DNA of 57,083 bases, the filler included, from Jimgerdemannia flammicorona (Eukaryota), in assembly GCA_003990765.1 (NCBI GenBank). It is 3 parts of 3 records of this genome, joined end to end, with 100 filler letters (N's around TTAATTAATTAA, not from the genome) between each part and the next. Parts side by side here need not be neighbours in the genome. Positions count along the whole stretch, not along the records: positions 1 to 18,964 come from RBNJ01002062.1; 2 more parts are not named here. One strand, given 5' to 3'. Under the pieces are notes generated by a model. It saw only the letters and a program-made list of their open reading frames with translations. It was not told where the DNA came from and did not search any database. Of this stretch, positions 1 to 11,018 are shown in pieces. The position numbers and the translations under genes were made by a program. Every line of letters starts with the position of its first letter. The stretch's first letter is position 1.

Positions 1-338
1 ACTTTCCGAATGCTTAGAAATCCTTTCTTGGCACTGAGCATTAACTAGTACTTATTTAGTTAGTCACTGAATGTCCTGGAAACTTGTAGAACTTTATTTG
101 TCATTATTTGTCATCTTTGCCAAGAACTTTCCTCTTGGCATTTTCCTTTGATTTCTCAGATCCTTCTGGATCCTTCTCTCAGATCTTGTATAAATAACCC
201 CTTTGTTCTCATGAATAAAGTCTCAGAATATTTTCTCCCAGAAATCCTTCGAGACCACTTAAATCCTTAGTATCTCTTTGAGCTACTTAGGACTACCAGA
301 ATTAGTCGCTTCCTCATTTAGAAACTAGAACTGTTACA
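1..338 (+). mobile_element. 3' part of an LTR (truncated by window start), related to the LTR at ~29860-30267
   Basis: Contains TATAAATA and AATAAA and ends ...CTGTTACA at 338. Shares blocks such as gtcatctttgc, cagatctt.tataaata and agtatctctttgagctactt with 30068-30267. Confidence 0.7.
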
Positions 339-1680
339 AGAGTGCATATTCTGAGAATTTGTAGATCTAAGGATTAGGTATACAAGTGGTCATTTTTCAA
401 GCCTTCTGAGAGGTTCTTCAGACATTTTACTTAGTGAATTCAGTCTATATCCAGACCAATTACCACCCTTTGACTGTCAAGCGATTCCAGTAGAGACTGC
501 TACAATTATTTGGGATCATATGTCACACTAAGAGAATAAAATGTAGGCAACACTGGCGATTGAAAAAAGCACGAACTCTCAAACCCAAAAAAGATTTCTT
601 ATCATCATCAGAAAATGATTGATTGTGTGAATTAGATGTAGAGTAAGTTGAGGTATATATATGATGGAGACCGGTTTCAAGTTAAAGTATTGAACTTTTG
701 TATTCTGAGATTTCTTGTAGGAAGTGGTTATAGATCACTAAAATCATAAACATTCTAAAAAAAATAGGTACTGCACGTAAATAATGGTATAGTCATAATT
801 ATGATACCAGATCATTTCACATTAAGAGACCCTCAAGACCATCAGAGTATATACTTATTAAATGTATTATTACCCATTTTCATTTATGGATATGATGGGG
901 ATCTACCATTTCTACTATATCGCAGATTCTGTTTCCCAAGATCTCTGGAGCCATCTATGTTATACTGGGCATATTATTAATGATAGACCCCAAAATACCT
1001 TACAGGAATGAGTGCAGCCAATAGGCTACAGGAAGCTCAAATATTTGCCTTAATGATCAAGGGTCACTGACAAGTGGGTCATTAAGTGGACAAGTGGATT
1101 GGTGAATTTGTTGTCTATATATCCAGAGAGAAATAAAATAAAACCAAACATCACATTTATGGTTATTAATTATTTTCAAATCAATGACACACCTATCTAC
1201 TCGACTATTATGAGGATAGCGATCATTACATTATATAATCAGAAGTGTCACTATATATATTGATGGCTCAGAGGGTTTTCATGTTTTTGATGCTATAAAA
1301 AATAAATAAAAAATAATAAAATAAATATTATTCATTAATTTTTTATAAAGATAATTATATTAGACTACTATTAAATATATATTATAGTTTATTATATAAT
1401 TTATTTTTACTAAGAATTCTACTTAATCTTTTTACTATTGTAACGGTGACCCCAGAATGATGACATCAGCACTAGAGACAGCCTTTCCTTGCAAGTTACC
1501 AGATCGGAGCATAAGAAGATCATACAGTATATAAGATGAGCAATGATGACCAGCTGTGAGTCATTGTGACCACAGCATAAGCATCCTGAAGAATATAAAA
1601 GAAGGATCAAGGAACCACAGTAGCAGCAATCAACAAGAACCACCAATCTCAAAATAGCTCAAAGACTTACCACAAACAAA

Positions 1681-2508
1681 ATGCCTGCTGCCTGCCAAAC
1701 CTCAAGGTCAAGGAATTACTAAGATATCTCAGTCGAGAAAAGGATGTTCCAAGACATCAGAAGAGCCATGAGGATCTGCTCAAGAAGGACTCCTAGTGTT
1801 AACCTGGGTACTGTAGACCCTTATCACTTTATTCTCTACCACCATGAAATGGAAACAAGGATCACTATTGCTATCAAATGCCTCCAAATATGGCAGAAGT
1901 ATGAAATAGGAAACCTCCTCTGCCAGGAGTTCCCACAAGCCAGCACCCAAGAGCTATAAGATGCCACTCTCATGGATATATGCAAAACAAGGATAGCTAA
2001 AAAGATCTATCAGATCTTCAGGCATGCACCATGGTCAATCCCCAACTTAGAGTATGTTAGAGTCTCAGACTTCAGAGACCTATCATCTCACTGTATCAAT
2101 GTACTAGAAGCTAGAGTAACTACAGAAGCCCAGTCCACTATCACTCTCAACAGTGAAGAAGTAGAAGACTTCTGGTACTCTATTCTTCAGAACAATCCAG
2201 ACCAATTCCTACAAGGATTGATCTCAGTATTCCAAGACCTAAGCATCCAGGTTAGACCTCCCCAAGACCCCACATTTATTCTCTATTTTGTGGAAGAGAA
2301 CCTCATAGACTGGAGAGCTCCAGACCTTGTCCCTGATTTCTCCACTACAGCCAAATGTGATGATGTCATCAATGATGTCATCCCATGTGATATACTCAAA
2401 GCATGCAAAGTATGCGAAACACATGACCTACATGACGAATTCATGGATCTCATCTCCTTCAGTAATAATGATGATGAAGCCCCCATGATTCTGAACTTTC
2501 TGCTCTAA
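1681..2508 (+). pseudogene. LTR-encoded accessory ORF of unknown function (275 codons, two CAA>TAA stops)
   Basis: ATG 1681 to TAA 2508 in one frame. Stops at 1720-1722 and 1957-1959 are CAA in the 3' LTR copy. Homologous to 20942-21748. Confidence 0.85.
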
Positions 2509-2520
2509 GTTCTTTATTAC

Positions 2521-2684
2521 ACTAGATAATGCCAGCACCGGTATTCTCATATAACACTAAATAATGCCAGCACCAGTATTCTCATATAATACTAGATAAT
2601 GCCAGCACTGGTATTCTGAGGTGACGCGAAATTGTTCCAGTACTGGCATTTTGATGTGATAATAAATAATGCCAGCCCTGGAAC
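2521..2684. repeat. 35-bp tandem repeat / palindrome array in LTR U3 (also ~9768-9931)
   Basis: About 3 units of ACTAGATAATGCCAGCACCGGTATTCTCATATAAC plus 2 degenerate units. Each contains the dyad AATGCCAG-N2-CTGG(C/T)ATT. Confidence 0.85.
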
Positions 2685-2991
2685 TCAGTAGTTTTAGTTA
2701 TTGGAATTTATATTTAGCTTTATATCTTAGCAACCATTGAATTGTATTTTGTATAAATACCCCTCTTATTTCCTCTGAAATAAAGTCAGTTCCAGTTTCA
2801 CTTACATACACTTCCTTATAAGTAATCTAAGAGATAACAAGATAGTTAAAGATAAGAAGTTTGAGGACTATAAGATCTTGAGAAGACACTCCAATAAGAA
2901 CTTGCTTATAACAACTTGAGTTAGTCTAAAAGATATACCTTGAAGAGAATCTGGCATATTTGAAGGACTCAGCAACCACTATGTGACAACT

Positions 2992-3009
2992 TGGTGCCCA
3001 TTGGCTGGT
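2992..3009 (+). promoter_or_regulatory. Putative primer-binding site
   Basis: TGGTGCCCA... begins 3 nt after the 5' LTR; cognate tRNA not identified. Confidence 0.7.
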
Positions 3010-3017
3010 GATTCAAG

Positions 3018-6000
3018 ATGAATCCTCACTTTCAAGCTGAAAAACGAACAACCCCCACAACAACTACTCTGACTACAAGAGTCATCTCTACAAGAATTCA
3101 AGACAAGATGGAAATGCATCCCCTCACATTCTATAGATATACTACTGAAGAGTCAATTCTGACCTTCATTGAAGACTTTGAACAATTCACCACCATATGA
3201 GCCCTTGGTGTAGATGCTCAATTGGCCCTTCTACCAGTCAGCCTCAGAGGACCTGCCAGAGACAAGTTTAATACAGCCACCATTGCTGATGCTGGTACAG
3301 CCAAACTTGCCAACATGAAGATCTTTCTCAGAACAACATATTATACTGAAGAGATCAAGCAAGTTCTCAAGAATTAACTCAATACTATCTGCCAGAGACT
3401 TAGTGAAGATCTCAACTCATTTTATACCCGAATCTGCCACTAGATTGTCTTGGCTGGCTATGATGACTGCCTCAAGGAATAAATAGCAGATTCAACCTTC
3501 CTTAAAGGAGTTCACTCTGAAATTGCCCTAGCAATCTGGTCTATCCCAGCTGCACTGACCCTTGATCAGAAAGTGGTCTTTGCATAGAGATATTGGACTG
3601 CCAGACACTCTGCCGAATACTCAATGGAGAAAATAACTGGCATCAAGATGGAGCCATTAAAGCCAACTAGTATCTTACCTGCCACAGTTGTAAACAGACA
3701 ACCAACTCCACCTACCCCCAAGACAGCCAAAGCTGATCTAGTGGAAGAACTTGCCAAGCAGTTCGCCAAGATGACTGCACACCTTGGTGATGTTGTTAGA
3801 GAAGTCTGAAGTGCCAACAGGAGACCAGTGCAGAGATTTGCAGCTGCTACAGAAGAATACAATATCACATGCTTCAGATGTAGAGAAGAAGGCCATTATG
3901 CAAAGAGTTGTATGACCAAAATGAGATGCAAAGCCCAACCAAGTAATGCTAGCAGAACCAGAGAACAAACCAATGCAGTAGTCATCGAGGAGATCAGTGA
4001 CACTGATGACGAAGAATACTACAAGGAGCTCGAATTCTACCCTGCTACTAAAGGTACCAGAATCTGGTCCAAGCCCTATGACAAGAAGAGCAACAGCAAG
4101 CCAGTTGGAAGACCAAAGAAGACTCCAGCTGTCACTATTCAAAGCAAGACCCAATCCAAGGAGATTGATCAAGACATGGAGTTAGACAAAGCTGCCTGCC
4201 AAATTATCAAAGGCACTACTCCAGTCTTAGGAGAAAGCAAGAACAAGAAGGAACAGAAGCTGCACAAGACCAAGATCCACCAGTATGACATCTATAAGGA
4301 TCTCAAGGAACAGAAGGTCAATGCCACTTTTGGGCAGCTAGCTGAAGTCCCTGCCTTCAGACAGCAGTTGAGAGTAGGACTTGCAACTATTACCAAGAAT
4401 CAAGAGTACAAGATCATAGAAGCTCATAATGCACAAGAAGAATCTGAGAACTCAGGTGAAGAATCCAAAGACTAGTGCAAGACATCAGCCTATACCCCCT
4501 GCTAGATCGAAGACTGTATCTTTGATGTCATCATTGATACTAGTGCTGGAGGATGTCTCATGAGCAAGAAGACAATTGACTGCCTAGGTTGGGACATTGA
4601 AAAGTCCACCAAGATGGTCTATGTCATAGCAGACAGTACATGAGCTACCCCCCTTGGCAAAATCCAAGAAGTTTCCATCAAGATAGGAGGAGCTACTATC
4701 CCAGTAGACATGATTGTTATAAGTGCCACTAACTATAACATCCTCATTGGTAACCAATGGCTTTACAAGGCTAAGGCCATCATTGACCTCAATGCCCAGA
4801 AGATGCAGATCAACTATAGAGGAAGAAAGGTATGAGTTTCTATCAATGTCCACAAAGGAGTCCTGCCAGACATAGAGGAAGGAGATGAAGAAGATACAGG
4901 GTCTTTATGCACTCAGTGAATAAGAATAAGAACAAGACACCCAAGCTCACAGATGAGCAGTGATATAACAAGATCATCAATGGGTATGCCTCTCAAGGAA
5001 GATACCCCCATAGTACTAGAATGTACTACTCCGAACACCTGAATGACTGCTGATCCTGTATCAGTGAAGTCAGGAAAATCTGACAACAGAAACATGAGCA
5101 AGAAGCTGCTGAAGCAAAAAGGAAAGCTGAAGAAGATGACCAGCCCCCAGAGCTTCAAGCTGATAGTGACGATGAGGCAGAACAAGAATCAGACATCACC
5201 CTCAAGGTCAAGAAGTTTTACCCTGAAGCCAAGATCCCAGAATATAAGACTGAAGGAGTCATAAGAATAGATCTTGCCAGCATCCAAGATGCTACCCTTG
5301 AACCACAGACCACTACCCTACTTGGTACTGAAATTGGAGTCAAGTTGTCAGAAAACTATACTAGAATTATCAAGACTAGGAGCAGTCTGGCCAAAAGCAA
5401 AATCTCAGTTAAAGGAGGAGTAATTGACCCTGATTACACTGGTAAGATTTTTCTCATAGTCAGAAATTACAACCACACCACCCCCTTCAAAGTCAAGAAG
5501 CATAACAGGATTGACCAGATGCTGATCCACGAAATCAAGAAGCCCAAGATCATAGAAGCCACTGAACTTATCAAAACCAAGAGAGGAGAACAAGGCTTTA
5601 GATCTACTGGAAGAGGAGCCTATGCCACTACCAAGATTACTGAACTTAAGTATAAGAAAGACAAGGACCAGAATAAGTACACATATACCATTGGAGAAAA
5701 CTTTCCCCTAGAGGAACAACTTCTCAAGATCCTGTACCAGAATGAAGGAGTACTTGCTACAGACTTTAGAGATATCCACAATCAAGAACCCAAGTACTAC
5801 CATGAAGTTGACACTGATGATACCAAGCCTATTTATCAGAAAGCCAGACCCATACCACCTGTCTACAGAGAGTGGCTGCAAGCCAAACTCAAGGAAATAG
5901 AAGAAGCCGGAATCATCAAGCAAGCTATCAGCCCCTGGGCCTCACCCATTGTCCTTGCCCTGAAGAAAGGAAGCAAGCCTGGAGAGTTTGCACCAAGACT

Positions 6001-8320
6001 CTGCATTGACTACAGGAAACTCAATGCCATTACCAAGAAGGATAGGCAGCCCTTGCCAAATATTCAAGAAATCCTTACCACCCTTGGAAGCAAAGCCAAA
6101 TACTACACCATCTTGGATCTGTTCTCAGGCTTCCATCAGATCGGTCTCACTCAAGATATCAGTGAGAAATCAGCCTTCATCACACCTGATGCCACCTATA
6201 TCTATCTATAAATACCATTTGAAATGTGCAATACTCCAGCAAGTTTCCAGCGAATGATGAACAGAGTCTTCAGCAATGAGATAGGAAAATAACTCTTTGT
6301 CTATATTGATGATATGATTATCTTCAGCAACACTACACGGGAACATATCAATCACATACAGCTAGCCCTCAAGAGGCTCAAAGAGCATGGCCTCTACATC
6401 AAGCCCAAGAAATGCAAGTTTGTAGCTCAAGAAATTGCCTACCTAGGACATCTCATCAACCAGACTGGAATCCACACAGACCCCATGAAGATCGAGGCTG
6501 TTGCAGCCTACCCAAGATCCAGAATAACCACAGAAGTTCATGCCTTCCTTGGACTGGCCAGCTACTACAGAAGATTCATCAAAGGATATTCCAACATTGC
6601 AGCACCTATCTACAAGCTACTGAAGAAGGAGACTAAATTCGAATGGACCAAGGAGTACCAAGAAACCTTCAATGAACTTAAGACCAGGTTTACCCAAGCA
6701 TCCATCCTCAGAAGACCAGACTGGAACCTAGAATTTATCCTGCAGACAGACGCGAGTGCTATAGGACTTAGAGCAGTCCTAGCTCAGAAGAAAGATGGAC
6801 ATGAATATGTCATCTCCTATGTAAGCTGAGGTACTCATAGAGTGGAACAGAACTACAAGTCATACAAGCTTGAATGCTTAGTGGTAGTTTGGGCAGTAGA
6901 CAAGTTCCACTACTACCTAGCTGGAAAACACTTCACCATTCAAACAGACTATTCCGCTCTTGCCTGGCTATTCCACACTCTGAACCCCAAAGGAATATAT
7001 ACCAGATGGATCTACAGGCTGTAAGAGTATGACTATACTGTCAAGCACCACTCAGGAAAGATCAATACCAATGCCGATATACTCTCAAGAATACCCCGAA
7101 ACACTCCCATCAAGACTACTCAACATGAATAAGGAGCTATACTATAGATTAATCAGTTATCTTGGGCAGCGAAAGATGCCCAACCACCTCGAACCCTGGA
7201 CAATCACCATTATCAACTGGACTTGGAAATAGTTTGAATTAGACAATACTACACTCAGAAAAGGAGGAAAGCTAGTAATACCTGAATACAAGAAGTATCA
7301 AGTAATGAAGAAAATATATGAGCAAGGATACTTAGGAGGAACCAACACATACAATAAGACAAGAAGAACCATGTGGTGCCCCAAGATGGAAGAAGACCTG
7401 TGCCAATTTGTCAAAGGGTGTGACAAGTGCCAAAAACAGAAACAAGATTAGTAAGACCAGGCACCTGGGTCATCAATAATTGAGCCTATCTCCTTCTACC
7501 ACATCATAATGGATATCATTAGACCACTACCAGTAACACTATCAGGAAACTGCTATATTATAGTTATTGTAGACCTCTTCACCAAATGGATAGAGGCAGG
7601 AGCATTATAAGAAGCCAATGCCCTCTCTATAGCTGACTTCTTATACTGAGAAATCATCTGCTACTACAAGACACCAAAGCAAATCACAACAGACTGCAGC
7701 ACAGAATTTGTCAATGGATTCCATAAGATAATATATCAGAAATACAAGATCCAGCATATCAAGACCACTGTGTACCACCCTCAAGGAAATGGACAGACAG
7801 AGAGAACCAACAAGACCCTCAAGAACATCTTAGCGAAGATCTCAGAGACATATGAGAATTGGGATAACTATCTCCCAATTGTCCTCTCTGTTCTATGAGA
7901 CATATAGTCACAGAGCACACATTTTACCCCAAGAGAGCTGCTCTTCGGAGAAGAAGATTCTGATGGAACCTCAGCTACAAATCTAGACCTAACTTGGAGA
8001 TGGATTGATGCAGAAATCCAGAAACTACACCAAATCAGGAAGAAGGCTGAAGATTACATTACCAAGTTACAAGTGCTGACAAGGAAGAATGTGGAAAAGA
8101 ATCACAAGGCCCTAGAACTCATCTGAATCAGAGAAAAGGTTCTACTGTATCGAAATATGGTAGAAGCCTCATGGTCATGAAAACTGAAACCCAAATAGGA
8201 AGGACCCTTCTATATACAAGATATCAAGGGAACTATCTTCTAGCTTAGAAAAATCTCAGGGACCATACTGTCTACCACAGTATATAGGAACAGACTCAAG
8301 AAGTACCATGAACCTATATA
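3018..8320 (+). pseudogene. gag-pol of element A, with many stops and some frameshifts
   Basis: Zinc knuckle CFRCREEGHYAKSC; protease IIDTSAG (~4530); RT SPWASPIV, RLCIDYRKLN, LDLFSGFHQI, VYIDD; RNase H FILQTDAS; integrase CDKC, YHPQGNGQTERTN and a GPF motif. End coordinate approximate. Confidence 0.95.
5200..5612 (+). pseudogene. Trimeric dUTPase domain between protease and RT
   Basis: Motifs RSSLA, GVIDPDYTG, RIDQ and RGEQGFRSTG, in frame with the downstream RT (ORF 5345-6211). Confidence 0.92.
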
Positions 8321-8675
8321 AGAGAAGCAAAACATAATGACTGCCTGTGAGGTTCTAATCCATGAATCATAACAGTATGTCCTGTGACCAGCAGGCTATC
8401 TGTCTGGACCATTCTCTAAGAGATACGGCACTGGCAACTACTCATCCATGAGACTTTCGAAGTCAGAGGAGTTCGAACCATCTACTGATTGGTCAAGATC
8501 AGAATCAGGCCCTTGCTCTATATGAAGGGAGCGACTCTTCACCATCATGCCAAAATATAAAGGGAAGATGCCAGCCCATAAACACCAGTTTTCAATCCCT
8601 TGCCAGAGGTTATAGGATCAGCAAATTTTTCAAGACTAGACCAATGAATAAGGATGCTCAGGAAGATCCTTATTC

Positions 8676-8685
8676 AGGAGAAAGA
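8676..8685 (+). promoter_or_regulatory. Polypurine tract of element A
   Basis: AGGAGAAAGA directly before the 3' LTR TG; preceded by a perfect 11-bp stem (8645-8655/8666-8676). Confidence 0.8.
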
Positions 8686-10211
8686 TGTAATAGTGACTCT
8701 AGAATAATAACATTAGTACCGGAGACAGTCTTTCCTTACAAGTCACTAGATCGGAGCACAAGAAGATCATACAGCATATAGGATGAGCAATGATGACCAA
8801 CTGTAAGTCATTGTGACCATAGTATAAGCATTCTGAAGAATATAAAAGAAGGATCAAGGAACTACAATAGCAGTAACCAATAAGAACCACCAATCCCAAA
8901 ATAGCTCAAAAACTTACCACAAACAAAATGTCTGCCACCTGCCAAACCTCAAGGTCAAGGAATCACCAAGGTATCTCAGTTGAGAAAAGGATATTCCAAG
9001 ACATCAGAAGAGCTATGAGGACCTGCTCAAGAAGGACTCCTAGTGTCAACCTAAGTACTGCAGACCCTTATCACTTCATTCTCTATCACTGTGAAATGGA
9101 AACAAGGATCACTATTACTACTGAATACCTCCAAATGTAGCAGGAGTATGAAATAGGAAACCTCCTCTACCAGGAGTTCCCACAAGCCAGCACCCAAGAG
9201 CTACAAGATACCACTCCCATAAATATATGTGAAATAAGGATAGCTAAGAAGATCCATCAGATCTTCAGACATGCACCATGGTCAATCCCCAACTTAGAGT
9301 ATATTAGAGTCTCAGACTTCAGAGACCTATTATTTCACTGTATCAATACACTAGGAGCCAGAGTGGTTACAGAAGCCTGGTCCACTATCACCCTCAACAG
9401 TGAAGAAGTAGAAGACTTCTGGCACCCTATCCTTCAGAACAACCCAGACCAATTCCTGCAAGGATTGATCTCAGTATTCCAAGGCCCAAGTATCCAGGTT
9501 AGACCTCCCCAAGACCCCACATTTGTTCCCTATTTTGTGGAAGAGAACCTTATAGACTGGAGAGCTCCAGACCTTGTCCCCAATTTCCCCGCCACAGCCA
9601 AATGTGATGACATCATCAATGACATCATCCCGCGCGACATACCTGAAGCATGTGAAGTATGCAAAATGTGTGACCTACATGATGAATTCGTGGATCTCAT
9701 CTCCTTCAGTGATGATGATGATGAAGCCCCTATAATCCTGAACTTTCTGTTCTAAGTTCTTTGTTACACTAGATAATGCCAGCACTGGTATTCTCATGTA
9801 ATACTAGATAATGCCAGCACCGGTATTCTCATGTAACACTAGATAATGCCAGCACTGGTATTCTGAGGTGATGCAAAATTGTTCCAGCACTAGCATTTTG
9901 ATGTGATACTAAATAATGTCAGCCCTGGAACTCGGTAGGTTTAGTTATTGGAATTTATATTTAGCTTTATATCTTAGCAACCATTGAATTGTATTTTGTA
10001 TAAATACCCCTCTTATTTCCTCTGAAATAAAGTCAGTTCCAGTTTCACTTACATACACTTTCTTGCAAGCAATCTAAGAGATAACAAGATAGTTAAAGAT
10101 AAGAAGTTTGAGGACTATAAGAACTTGCTTATAACAACTTGAGTTAGTCTAAGAGATACACCTTGAAGAGAATCTGGCATATTTGAAGGACTCAGTGACC
10201 ACTATGTAACA
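8686..10211 (+). repeat. 3' LTR of element A (1526 bp)
   Basis: Colinear with the 5' LTR except for a 24-bp deletion between ATAAGA microrepeats. Differences are almost all transitions. Confidence 0.95.
8928..9755 (+). pseudogene. LTR-encoded accessory ORF, 3' LTR copy (275 codons, one TGG>TAG stop)
   Basis: Single frame from ATG 8928 to TAA 9755. The only stop (9138-9140) is TGG in the 5' LTR. Confidence 0.85.
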
Positions 10212-10349
10212 CTATATATAATCTCTCTACTACAACCTCTCTACTGCAATCTCTTCATCTATAACTTCCCTACTACTGCTGCCATGATCTCTTCGCTGAT
10301 CTCTAATGAACCCTCACCAAGCTCCTCTCCCTCTCTGCTGTTAAGACCC

Positions 10350-10700
10350 TTTTGACATAAGCTTTGTGCTTTTTATAACATTGCAACGAATGTCTCCGAC
10401 GATCACGTGCTCTGTCGACCGTCCGTCCAGGTGCACCTCCGCACCATGGTGCGATATTACAACGGCTACCGCTTTCCTTCTACTCAAGTCTCGTGTGTCT
10501 TCAACATAAACACCTGTCTGGAATATCTTCAGGTGAGCGAGCAAAGCTACAGATTGAATTTTTATCATCATTATTCTCACTGCCGCTGCTGCTGTAATCC
10601 GGTCTTGTCAGATTTAATGAGAAAAAGACTCCAACTCGGAAGTATCCGAAATATTGGCTACAGATGCTCGCCGTCCTTGAGAGGGTTTCTGACCTTGAAT
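10350..10700 (+). pseudogene. Possible fragment of an AAA-ATPase-like (PD-(D/E)XK nuclease-associated) gene
   Basis: Peptide MVRYYNGYRF...VFNINTCLEYLQ followed by a GTGAGC donor, with YNIATNVS upstream. It resembles the YNGYxF motif of that family from memory only. Confidence 0.35.
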
Positions 10701-11018
10701 GTCGTTTGCGATGGGCAAGGGCACCTTTACATAACCGCAATAAAGACAATTGTACAGTCGATTTTTTTATTATATGTTTGCTTATTATATGTTACATGAT
10801 GCTATACATTGTGTAAATGAGATGGTGCGAAATTACCCATCCATACAGACACTACTTTATAATTAAAATATGTGTCTTTAAAGTGTCTCGTGGATTTCCG
10901 TGATTCGTTACAGAATCAAACAATGTCCATCGGATGTTGAAGGCCCCTAAGTTACCAACAATAATAAATAGCAAACTGGAGGCATACAACAAACAAAGGA
11001 AATCCAGTGGCACGTTTC

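Larger units (their letters stand above)
1439..2988 (+). repeat. 5' LTR of element A (1550 bp)
   Basis: Starts TGTAAC, ends TGTGACA, colinear with 8686-10211. TATAAATA at 2752 and AATAAA at 2779. Confidence 0.95.
1439..10211 (+). mobile_element. Full-length, decayed Ty3/Gypsy LTR retrotransposon (element A): gag, protease, dUTPase, RT, RNase H, integrase; no chromodomain
   Basis: Paired LTRs bounded TG...CA, 4-bp TSD CTAT (1435-1438 and 10212-10215), PBS, PPT, and PR-RT-RH-IN domain order. Confidence 0.97.

Noticed and set aside
826..1280. Weak inverted match (gagaccctcaagaccatca / tgatggctcagagggtttt) suggesting a MITE
   Set aside because: Too degenerate, and no TSD or second copy seen.
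2521..2619. CRISPR-like appearance of the 35-bp repeats (and the 19-bp repeats at 13728)
   Set aside because: No unique spacers, no cas genes, eukaryotic context.
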